Positions 10,545-19,322 of a stretch of DNA of 64,000 nt are shown here, piece by piece. Position 1 is the first letter of the stretch. Every line of letters begins with the position of its first letter. This DNA is from a bacterium. Its GTDB lineage: Bacteria > Patescibacteriota > Minisyncoccia > Phycocordibacterales > UBA9973. Below the pieces are notes generated by a model. The model ran no database searches. It was not told the DNA's origin and worked only from the letters and a program-made list of their open reading frames with translations. The stretch is taken from NCBI GenBank assembly GCA_037130655.1, contig JBAXSP010000004.1, positions 337-64,336 on the forward strand, read 5' to 3'. Made by a program: the position numbers and the translations under genes.

Positions 10545-10913
10545 TTATCTGCTTACATTAAATCTTTTTGGTGCAATTGACCATGAAGGGACAAATGCGC
10601 CTGTTTCCGTGTTGTAACATGTATTGTAATCAATACTGTATCTACCTAAAATTTGTTGTCCTGCCCGAAGTGTTTTACTTGATTCAGAAACAAAAAATGG
10701 TAAGATTATAAATTTTGAACCGATCGGAGCAATGGTCATTGGTCCGTATTGAGCACCGCACGCAACCTGACTTTCAGCAGTGTTATTGAGTTGTCGAATT
10801 TTCCCACCAAAATTAAACGATGGACCGATAGCAAATGTATTTGTAGCAAAAGAAAATCCGAGCGCAACAAATACACTCAAAAATAATAACGAACGAATTT
10901 TAGAGTGACTCAT
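10545..10913 (-). CDS. Small secreted hypothetical protein
   Basis: 122 aa with a signal peptide (LLFLSVFVALGFSFATNTFA). Its start abuts the ksgA stop. Confidence 0.45.
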   Translation of the reverse strand: MSHSKIRSLLFLSVFVALGFSFATNTFAIGPSFNFGGKIRQLNNTAESQVACGAQYGPMTIAPIGSKFIILPFFVSESSKTLRAGQQILGRYSIDYNTCYNTETGAFVPSWSIAPKRFNVSR

Positions 10914-11830
10914 TACTTCAGTATACTAGAGCGCGACAAAGCCAACCACTCTTTTATGTGCAAATCTTCGGCGCGGATGTTTGAGGGAATTTTCGATTCC
11001 TCAAACATCCGCGCAATCACCTCACTTTGTATTCCACCTTCCTTCAAATTATGCGCCAATGTCTTTCGTTTGTGACCAAAACCAAGATGAATTAATTCAA
11101 AAAAAGCTTTTTCTTCTTTGGTATTCTTAAAATTACTACGAGAAATGTTTGAAATCGACAAAATAGCCGAATCAACCTTTGGTGCTGGCACAAATGAGCC
11201 TGCTTTCACAACATCGACGAGTTTTGGTTCACCAAAAGCTTTGATTGAAATAGAAAGAAGTGAACCTTTCTCGTCACGAGCAACCGCACGCTCAGCAACT
11301 TCTTTTTGCACCAAAACAACGATTTTACTTGGCTGAACCACTTCTTCGAGGAATTTCCGGACGATTGCACCTGTTATATAGTAGGGAATGTTTGCGATTA
11401 ATTTGTATGTGATTACGTCCGAAGTTTTCTCGATGGTCTGTTTTTTCAAAGGTCCTGCGGAGGCGGGTAGCCGAGCACGAGCCGATTTTTCACCAGAAAA
11501 ATACGGCGTACCTTTGAAAAAGCAGGACCATTCTAACATTGCGTTCTTAATTGGAATTTCTAATATATCTCCCTCAATAAGTAATAGTTGTTTATTTTCA
11601 AGCTCTTTCGAAAATTTTTCACGTAACAAAGGTATCAATTCACGGTCTTTTTCAATTGCCACGACTTTTGCACCAGTTTTGAGTAAACTTTCAGTCAAAA
11701 TACCGGTTCCAGGACCGATTTCAAGCACCGTATCAGTTTTTTTGAGCTCTCCGGCTTCGACAATCTGTCTGACCGCCTTTTCTGACTTCAAAAAATTCTG
11801 CCCGAGGGATTTTTTAGCTTTGTATTCCAT
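10913..11830 (-). CDS. rsmA: 16S rRNA (adenine1518-N6/adenine1519-N6)-dimethyltransferase RsmA/KsgA, carrying a ~40-aa in-frame insertion
   Basis: Diagnostic N-terminal KKSLGQNFL motif, SAM-binding LEIGPGTGILT, and NIPYYIT (the E. coli NLPYNIS equivalent). About 37-40 extra residues (AMLEWSCFFKGTPYFSGEKSARARLPASAGPLKKQTIEKTSDVIT) lie between the EGDIL and NIPY motifs. Confidence 0.9.
   Translation of the reverse strand: MEYKAKKSLGQNFLKSEKAVRQIVEAGELKKTDTVLEIGPGTGILTESLLKTGAKVVAIEKDRELIPLLREKFSKELENKQLLLIEGDILEIPIKNAMLEWSCFFKGTPYFSGEKSARARLPASAGPLKKQTIEKTSDVITYKLIANIPYYITGAIVRKFLEEVVQPSKIVVLVQKEVAERAVARDEKGSLLSISIKAFGEPKLVDVVKAGSFVPAPKVDSAILSISNISRSNFKNTKEEKAFFELIHLGFGHKRKTLAHNLKEGGIQSEVIARMFEESKIPSNIRAEDLHIKEWLALSRSSILK
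11434..11530. mobile_element. MITE-like palindromic element (TTTTTCACCAGAAAAA-core family, copy A) inserted in frame inside ksgA
   Basis: Terminal inverted repeats tggtctgttttttcaaaggtcc / ggtacctttgaaaaagcaggacca flank a core gcggaggcgggtagccgagcacgagccgaTTTTTCACCAGAAAAAta. The core is shared with the copies at 43604, 51863 and 62320. Confidence 0.55.
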
Positions 11831-11928
11831 GGAGCAAGTATATCAGTATTTCAGTAGTCAGAATATAGAAATAAAAAAAGGGCTTCGCAAGCGAAGCCCT
11901 TAAGGGTACAAAAGAAAAAAGAAAAGGA

Positions 11929-12667
11929 TTAGAAATTGACTTGTCGAGGACCGCGGACCGCATTGCGATTGTCACGATCGAGCCAGTCCAAGCAGAAACG
12001 ACCATCGCCACCCCTGCCCATGCAGAGCACGCAGTCATCGGAATCCAAGGCATGAAAACGAGTCACTCCTTTGACATCAAGCATATTGTTCGTCTCAAAG
12101 CGGTAACGAAGGGCAAATATAATTCCTTCAATAGGGATCATATATTTATTGCCATCACTGCAAAAATCATCATAGCTTTTGTTCAAATGCTTTTTGTCCG
12201 GCTCAACAGTACCAACGTGCGTAATGCAATAATTACCATCGGGACGAAATTGCTTGGTTTTTGTACAAGCATCGATATCCTTTGAATAGTCATTATTGTA
12301 CACACTTTTGTCGCCAAAAAGTTTTTTGTACACTTGTATCCATTGTTTGCCCGTAATCGAGCGTTGCAAATTCTTCGGAATACTCTGGCAATGTTACTAA
12401 ATTCCAATCAATTTCTTGTGCAGGCAATCCAAGAATTTCATAGACTTTGTTGTAAAAGTTCTGAATTTTCTCTTGTTGTTCTGCCCAAGAAAAAGTGCTT
12501 TTGATACCGAAAATTTCTTTTCGTTTTGACATCGGCATCAGCATAAATGACTGAAGGCATTTGATAAAATCAGGGTTCTGCTTTTTGACTGCTGAACGGA
12601 GATTTTTGTTAACTTCGTGTTGTAGAGCAAACGCAGTGTCTGCATCTACGATGATTTCTTTGTTCAT
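11929..12667 (-). pseudogene. Hypothetical gene split by a +1/-1 frameshift into two overlapping ORFs (12293..12667 and 11929..12369); either a pseudogene or a sequencing error
   Basis: Two minus-strand ORFs in adjacent frames overlap by 77 nt. The shift falls around the homopolymer run gtacaaaaaactttttggcg. The downstream frame is blocked by TAG and TAA just upstream of the overlap. Confidence 0.4.
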
Positions 12668-12852
12668 CTTTTTTACTATTTTTTATTTTGAAAGAATAGA
12701 TCATTTGTTCACTACTCTGTTAGTATTATATCACATATTTTAGATAAAAGTCAATAGACTGTGCGTTTTTCAGTGTTGTAACAAAAAAGCCTGATTTTGC
12801 TTTGCAAAATGACGCTTTTTTGTGTTCCTTATACTTATACTTCTACCTTATA

Positions 12853-14760
12853 CTAGAGATAAATCACCCTCCCCAAATTACTTTGCCATTCTTCTTTTTC
12901 AATCAACTCTTCCGGAATATCAAATAAAAATTCTGATGGTACGGTAATTTGTCGTTGTCCGAAAATAGTTCGAATCGTCGCATACGTCAAAAACAATTTT
13001 TTACGTGCACGAGTGACGGCCACATAAAAGAGTCGGCGCTCTTCTTCTTTTTCTTCGACTTTTGTTTGTCCGTCTCGTTCAAGTGGAAAGAGTCCGTGTT
13101 CAAGCCCAACAACAAACACATATTCAAACTCCAATCCTTTCGATGCGTGTACCGTCATCAAACGTGCTGAGTTGTTTTGTTCATCAATACTATCTTGATC
13201 AGAGACCAATGCAACTTCTTCGACAAACGCCATGAGTGCTTCTTCAGGTGGCAAGTGGTTCCATTTGGTCGCAACAGTCGCGAGTTCTTCCATGTTTGCC
13301 AATCGCTCACGATCTTCGTCGGTACCGGCTTCCAATTCTTTTTTCAATCCAGTTTTTTCAATGATGTATTTGATGAGCAAGTCAGTTGTATGTGTTTCTC
13401 CGTACACACGAATGTCTTCAAGTAATGCAAAAAATCCATCAACCTTTTTACTCATTGCTGGTGGCAAGGCTTCGCGTTGTTCAGCAAATACTTTCAATAT
13501 TGTTGTCTTGCCGATACCACGAGCAGGTACATTGATGATACGTTTCAAATCAGATAGTGAATCTGGATTGAGGGCCGCACGTACATATGAAATGATATCT
13601 TTAACTTCTTTTCGATCGAAGAATTTTGTTCCGACGATTTGATAATGTAATCCGCGATTCATAAACATATCTTCGAATGTTCGAGATTGGAAGTTCGCAC
13701 GATAGAGTATTGCAATTTCATTTCCTTTGACCCCCTGATCAAGTAATTCAGTTATTTTGTCGACAACAAATTCTGCTTCGTATTTTTCATCATAACCTTC
13801 ATAGAGTCCGACAAGTGCACCGTCTTCACCATTGGTAAACAATGTCTTGTCTTTGCGATTTTTATTTTTCTTGATGATTTCATTTGCAACACTCAAGATA
13901 TTTTTGGTTGAACGATAATTTTCTTCAAGTAATACAATTTTTGCATCAGGATAATCTTTTTCAAAATTCAAAATATTATTGACGTTTGCACCACGCCAAC
14001 TATAAATCGTCTGATCACCGTCACCGACAACACACAGGTTACGATATTTTTTGGCTAGCAATTTTGCAAGCGTATATTGCACTTCGTTAGTGTCTTGATA
14101 TTCATCAATATGAATATAGTGATATCGTTCTTGCCATTTTTCTAACACGTCCGGATGTTTCTGAAACAGTGTCACGGTCTTCAACAAGAGATCGTCGAAG
14201 TCAACACTGTTTTCTCTTTTGAGTGCAGCTTCATATGCTTCCCAAATTTTGAGCACTGTTTTTCCAAACATACTTTCAGCTTTTTCTCGATATGCATCAA
14301 CAGTCACAAACTCACCTTTTTCGCGAGAAATAATTCCACGGAATTTTTTGGGTTCGTATTGTTTTGGATCAAGACCAAACGCAATGATTGCATCTTTAAT
14401 GAGTGCATTAGTATCGGCAGTATCGGCAATCGTAAACATTTTTTTCAAGCCGACTTTTTCATATTCTTCTCGAAGTACACGAACGCCAAATGAGTGAAAT
14501 GTCGTCAGTGTTGGCAATGATGAAACAGTTCCAATTTCTTTTTCGATGAGTGAAACCGCGCGTTCGCGCATTTCTCCGCCAGCTTTATTCGTGAAAGTAA
14601 TCGCAAGGATTTGATGTGGTGGAACGCCGTTTTTGATGAGCTCTACAATACGATGGGTGAGAGTCTTTGTCTTACCTGCACCAGCACCTGCCAAAATGAG
14701 CATTGGTCCATCTTTGTGCAAAACTGCTTGTAATTGTGCATCGTTCAATGAGTGTGACAT
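12853..14760 (-). CDS. ATP-dependent DNA helicase, UvrD/PcrA/Rep family
   Basis: 635 aa. N-terminal LNDAQLQAVLHKDGPMLILAGAGAGKTKTLTHRI (Walker A of SF1 helicases), followed by the DEYQDTN and VGDGDQTIYSWRGA motifs. Confidence 0.9.
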   Translation of the reverse strand: MSHSLNDAQLQAVLHKDGPMLILAGAGAGKTKTLTHRIVELIKNGVPPHQILAITFTNKAGGEMRERAVSLIEKEIGTVSSLPTLTTFHSFGVRVLREEYEKVGLKKMFTIADTADTNALIKDAIIAFGLDPKQYEPKKFRGIISREKGEFVTVDAYREKAESMFGKTVLKIWEAYEAALKRENSVDFDDLLLKTVTLFQKHPDVLEKWQERYHYIHIDEYQDTNEVQYTLAKLLAKKYRNLCVVGDGDQTIYSWRGANVNNILNFEKDYPDAKIVLLEENYRSTKNILSVANEIIKKNKNRKDKTLFTNGEDGALVGLYEGYDEKYEAEFVVDKITELLDQGVKGNEIAILYRANFQSRTFEDMFMNRGLHYQIVGTKFFDRKEVKDIISYVRAALNPDSLSDLKRIINVPARGIGKTTILKVFAEQREALPPAMSKKVDGFFALLEDIRVYGETHTTDLLIKYIIEKTGLKKELEAGTDEDRERLANMEELATVATKWNHLPPEEALMAFVEEVALVSDQDSIDEQNNSARLMTVHASKGLEFEYVFVVGLEHGLFPLERDGQTKVEEKEEERRLFYVAVTRARKKLFLTYATIRTIFGQRQITVPSEFLFDIPEELIEKEEWQSNLGRVIYL

Positions 14761-14790
14761 TGTATTACTTTATCACACGTGCGTGAAAAT

Positions 14791-14822
14791 AAAAAAATAA
14801 CACCTTGCAGTGTTATTTTTTT
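14791..14822. terminator. Bidirectional terminator between the UvrD-like and 982-aa genes
   Basis: aaaaaaataacaccttgcagtgttattttttt. Confidence 0.6.
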
Positions 14823-14830
14823 ATTTTCAA

Positions 14831-17779
14831 CTATTTCTTATTTGCCATCGCCAAGTGAATATAATCAACAATTTTGTATCCAGTAGGACTGATGCCTGAA
14901 CTTTTTTGCAAATCAATGATTACTTGTGCCAATTGTTGCAGTTTTTTATCATTTGTTTTTTGAGTCAAAAATGTTGCTGTATCTTTATATGCTACATTCA
15001 TCCACTCTTTACTTTGCACCCCATCTTGTATTTTGAAACCAAAAAGTTTTGAATCAAAGATATGGTTGATGGTTTCTTGAAATTGTGGCTCGATTGCACC
15101 AAGCTGGCTGTAATCAATTGTTTTGATAATTGTTGAATCAGTTGCTTCATCTGGTCGTGGAATTTTTGGACCGGTGTATGTGGTAGCGGTATCTGTGACA
15201 GATGAGTTGTCGGCAAAATCACTTGCCTGTGTATCAATCTCATTTTCATCGATTGCAGGTGGGTAAAACTTTTCAATGGCGCCGGTGTTTTTAGTTGCAC
15301 CTTTTATTGAAGTAATTTTCTTTTCAAATAATTCTTCATATGGCTTGTTGATATTCTCTTCGCCAACCACTTTTTTGCCATCGAAATATTCATGAATCAC
15401 TGCCTTGCCATCAGTATCAAATTCGACTTTGTACGCAGCGTGATCGATTGCATCTTTGGTCAAACGAACTTCTTTCAATCCATTCATATACCCTTCTTGT
15501 TTGATCAGTTCAACACCTTTGTTGAATGCAAATGCATGCAAATCCTCTCCTTCCTTGAAACCGAGCTTCATTGCGAGTTCTTTATTGTTTTCAATTTGTC
15601 GAATGATTACTGAACTGACTCCATCATTTTCATGCACCAACATATCTGAAGAAATAAGTTCTGGTGTTTTAGGTGTTTGTATTTCTTGTGTTACTTGTTT
15701 GAGTGTATCTACATTGTTTCCGATTGGATTTTTTGCAACATAGGTAGAATCAATTGCATTTGAATTTGGAGATACTGGTACTTTTACTTCTTGTATCTGT
15801 TCGGCATTTATCTTTACTGTTCCCTTGACCACTTGCCCATCAGGAGTACCTTGTCCCCACAACCACTCAGAAACTCCAGCACCAATCAATCCGCCGAGCG
15901 CACCAAACTTTGCAGATTCCCAAGCTTTTTCTTTGACATAATTTTTTTCTTCTTGCGCAAGTGCATTGCGGTATGCTTCTCGATTACTTTGAAGTGCCTC
16001 AGCTCTGTTTTTGAAACGATGAACTGAACCAAAGAAATCATTTGTTGCAATCGTACCACCACGCTCTTCTTGTTCATCTATTTTTTGTGCCAATTCTTCT
16101 TTGAGTGATTGTTGTAACCCTGAATCAGAAATAGCGAGCGTTGTTGCACCTTCTCGAAGCAATGTATTGAGTGCCATTTTTTCTTGCAACCCACTTTGCC
16201 CTTTATCAAATACCATTTCACCTTTTTCTATTTTTTCTCGAACATAGTCCAAACGGTTTTCAAGTTGTATTCTCCAAAAAGCAACATCACCTTCATTTGA
16301 AGCAGTGTTTATTTTGTCTTTCATACGAGCTATCGTATGACCAATTTTTTGCAAACTTTCTGCTGGAGCATGCTCACCTTTTTTGTACAGCAATGCATCT
16401 CGTGAAATTGTTAGCTTTTGACCAAGATCGTCTTCGATTTCAAAAGAACGACTTGGTGTATCTGTCCCACTTCTTCGTCGGTTTCCTGCTTCATATACAA
16501 GTGAATCTTTTGTTCGTTTTTGTCCACGCAAATATCCGATTGCACCAGAGATAAGCGGTGCCGCAATGATAGTAGCCGCGCCAAAACCAGCAACCGCACC
16601 TGCACCAATTGCACCTTTTCGAAGTGCGCCACCACCTGCCATATAATAACCATTGTCTTGTACATAGCCCGTCAGGTATTTTTGCCAAACTTTTCCTTTC
16701 TCAATTCCAACAAAGGCTTTGTGAATTCTTGGCTCACTTGCAAACAAACGGTCAGTCATCACGCGACCTTCGAGTTCTGCCAATTTACTTCCTGCTTCTT
16801 GTTCACTCAAACCAACAGACACCAGTTGTTCAAATTGTTTTTCTTTGGCTTGTTCAAATGCATTTTTTGCTTCGTTGTATTTTTTCTGCAACTCTTTTGG
16901 TGCCTCAGGTGTTGCCCATGCTTCCGGAATATTTTTCAATTCATAGGCACTTTTATCTAACGAATATTTTGCATCATCAAAAGATTCTTTTTTTGCAACT
17001 GGAATTGTGGGAGTGATTCCAACTTCAGAAAAATAATCAAACAATGCATCACCTTTTTTGTTCACCAATATTTTTCTTTCTTTGACGGTATTTTTAAAAA
17101 AATCAAAATCAACTTCGTCTTGTTTGATATGAGCGAGTGCTTGTTTTTCGTAAGCAAGTAATTTTGCATTTTTACTAAATTGCAAACCAATATTTTTCCC
17201 AATACTTTTTACTTTTCCCAAAAAACCCACACCTGCTTGTGCATTCTTTTTATCAAGCTCAAACATATCACGTGCACGAAGTTTTGATTCTTGCACGGCA
17301 TATGATTGCATCCGTTCGAGTAAAACGGTTTTTTGTTGCCAACTCAGCCCTTCGAGCTTTGACATATTTGGTAACTCACGATTAATAGCAATAGATTTTT
17401 TACCTACAGGTGTATTATGTTCACTCACGTCGCGAACCATTTCCTTTGGAAAAAATTCAGGAAATGATTTCAAAAACTTTTCATTTATTTCAGCGTTTTT
17501 CTTTTCTGTTTCTTTTTGTTGTTTTTGCTCAAATAAAGCATCTTTTTCTTCTTCTGACTTCCCTTCAAAAACCTTCCCAATTTTTTCTTTGAGTTTTGAA
17601 ATCTTGCCTTTCTTTTTTTCTTCAGGCTCTGGAGTAGGAACGGTTTCTTCGTTAGATTCATTAGACTCAGTGACCTCAACAGCCTCTTGTTCGACAATAT
17701 TCTCAGCATCTAGCAACTCTTTGGCTTTTCTGTTTTTTTCTCGCTCGGGCCCATAGCTCATCATATCTAGCTCGTTCAT
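14831..17779 (-). CDS. Large hypothetical protein with acidic/Lys-rich N-terminus and two Gly-zipper hydrophobic segments
   Basis: 982 aa uninterrupted ORF. Internal GGGALRKGAIGAGAVAGFGAATIIAAPLISGAIGYL and GALGGLIGAGVSEW segments. No recognisable catalytic motif. Confidence 0.5.
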   Translation of the reverse strand: MNELDMMSYGPEREKNRKAKELLDAENIVEQEAVEVTESNESNEETVPTPEPEEKKKGKISKLKEKIGKVFEGKSEEEKDALFEQKQQKETEKKNAEINEKFLKSFPEFFPKEMVRDVSEHNTPVGKKSIAINRELPNMSKLEGLSWQQKTVLLERMQSYAVQESKLRARDMFELDKKNAQAGVGFLGKVKSIGKNIGLQFSKNAKLLAYEKQALAHIKQDEVDFDFFKNTVKERKILVNKKGDALFDYFSEVGITPTIPVAKKESFDDAKYSLDKSAYELKNIPEAWATPEAPKELQKKYNEAKNAFEQAKEKQFEQLVSVGLSEQEAGSKLAELEGRVMTDRLFASEPRIHKAFVGIEKGKVWQKYLTGYVQDNGYYMAGGGALRKGAIGAGAVAGFGAATIIAAPLISGAIGYLRGQKRTKDSLVYEAGNRRRSGTDTPSRSFEIEDDLGQKLTISRDALLYKKGEHAPAESLQKIGHTIARMKDKINTASNEGDVAFWRIQLENRLDYVREKIEKGEMVFDKGQSGLQEKMALNTLLREGATTLAISDSGLQQSLKEELAQKIDEQEERGGTIATNDFFGSVHRFKNRAEALQSNREAYRNALAQEEKNYVKEKAWESAKFGALGGLIGAGVSEWLWGQGTPDGQVVKGTVKINAEQIQEVKVPVSPNSNAIDSTYVAKNPIGNNVDTLKQVTQEIQTPKTPELISSDMLVHENDGVSSVIIRQIENNKELAMKLGFKEGEDLHAFAFNKGVELIKQEGYMNGLKEVRLTKDAIDHAAYKVEFDTDGKAVIHEYFDGKKVVGEENINKPYEELFEKKITSIKGATKNTGAIEKFYPPAIDENEIDTQASDFADNSSVTDTATTYTGPKIPRPDEATDSTIIKTIDYSQLGAIEPQFQETINHIFDSKLFGFKIQDGVQSKEWMNVAYKDTATFLTQKTNDKKLQQLAQVIIDLQKSSGISPTGYKIVDYIHLAMANKK

Positions 17780-17970
17780 AATATATAGGATTATTTGCTT
17801 TTAAGTACATCTATTGTATTACACAAACACCCCATTGACCACAAAGAGGTGGTGCGTTAGCATTATATTTACGGGGTTCTCTGCCCTTTTATACTGATAC
17901 TACAGACACGATTTTATCCTTGTTTTTCAAGGAATTCTGCAAAACTGACCGATTGTAACACTCTATATAT

Positions 17971-19221
17971 ATGTGTAGAGCATCAAGAAAGCTTATTTAT
18001 ACAAAAAAACCAAAAAATGTTTCTTCCTCTCCTCGTACTACATTGAAGAAACAGTTATATCGAAACAAAAACCTGACACTTGGGACAGTGGCGTTATTTG
18101 CTATTTTTGCATACACAACAACAGACGCTACGGTGTTTGATAAAATCGCAGCCTTTTTCCAAAGCAAGCCAGTAGTCAAAAGCAATTCTCAGACAGTTGC
18201 ATTACTTGATCCACTCAACAGCACTGAGAATGCTGGTATTCCAGTCCTCTTAGAAGGAGATGATTCTCTTTCTGCCGAAACAGGACCAATGGGCACACAA
18301 GCTGATATTGAAGACTATTACCCAGCAAGTGATGAGATTCAAACATACACAACAAAAGATGGTGACACATTGAAAGGTATTGCAAAAATGTTTGACGTTA
18401 GTCCAAGTACTATTATCTGGGCAAACAACCTTGATACAAATACAAAACTAACAACCGGGCAAACATTGGTTATTCTCCCTGTTTCTGGATTACAGTATAC
18501 ACCTAAAAAAGGAGATACTGTTGGTGGGATTGCAAAACGTTTTGGTGTAGACCCTGAAGATATTACTTCTTTCAACGGCATTTCTACACTAACAACCGGC
18601 GAAGCAATCATTGTTCCAAATGGTGAAATGGAAAAACCAACACCTGTTGAGAAAAAACCAGTAAAACAAATAGCAAAAACAACTAAAGAACCGGTGATCA
18701 TCAAAAAAGGAGAAACAGTATTCGATAGAACAATTGGAAGTGTCTTTAGTCTTGCTGGTCCACAAAAAGGTGAAACTGTTGCACGCTCAAGACGTGGTGA
18801 AAAAATTTGGGGATTCAATGCACCGGCATTCAAAGATTACTATATCTTCCCGGTAGAAGGTGGAATCAAAACTCAAGATCTTCATGGATTCAATGGTATC
18901 GATATTGGATATCCTGGTAGAGCTGGTGGTGCCCCAATCAAAGCCGCAGCAGCAGGAACAGTCATTGTTGCAAAAGATACTGGGTCAAACGGAGGATACG
19001 GAAAATATGTCGTTATCGCTCACAACAATGGAACACAGACACTCTACGCCCACAACTCAAAAAATGCAGTCTCAGTTGGTGACACGGTCAAACAAGGAGA
19101 AGTAATTGCATATATGGGAAGAACAGGGAAAGCAACTGGATACCACGTACACTTTGAAATTCGCGGAGCCAAAAACCCATTTGCTACAAGTTTCAATAGT
19201 GACAATACAAGTAACGACTAA
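17971..19221 (+). CDS. LysM-domain M23-family peptidoglycan endopeptidase
   Basis: Two LysM repeats (YTTKDGDTLKGIAKMFDVSPSTIIWANNL and YTPKKGDTVGGIAKRFGVDPEDITSFNGI) and a C-terminal M23 signature (GIDIGYP...YVVIAHNNGTQTLYAHNS...GRTGKATGYHVHFEIR). The true start may be an internal Met. Confidence 0.85.
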   Translation: MCRASRKLIYTKKPKNVSSSPRTTLKKQLYRNKNLTLGTVALFAIFAYTTTDATVFDKIAAFFQSKPVVKSNSQTVALLDPLNSTENAGIPVLLEGDDSLSAETGPMGTQADIEDYYPASDEIQTYTTKDGDTLKGIAKMFDVSPSTIIWANNLDTNTKLTTGQTLVILPVSGLQYTPKKGDTVGGIAKRFGVDPEDITSFNGISTLTTGEAIIVPNGEMEKPTPVEKKPVKQIAKTTKEPVIIKKGETVFDRTIGSVFSLAGPQKGETVARSRRGEKIWGFNAPAFKDYYIFPVEGGIKTQDLHGFNGIDIGYPGRAGGAPIKAAAAGTVIVAKDTGSNGGYGKYVVIAHNNGTQTLYAHNSKNAVSVGDTVKQGEVIAYMGRTGKATGYHVHFEIRGAKNPFATSFNSDNTSND

Positions 19222-19322
19222 ATAATGACCAATTGCCAATGACTAGTGACTAAAAATCGTATGAAGACTTCGTCTTCATACGATTTTTTAATTGGTCATT
19301 AGTCATTAGACACTAGTCATTG
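19221..19322. repeat. Heptamer-array/terminator composite element, copy 3 (between convergent genes)
   Basis: taatgaccaattgccaatgactagtgacta / aaaatcgtatgaagacttcgtcttcatacgatttt / aattggtcattagtcattagacactagtcatt. Confidence 0.75.
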
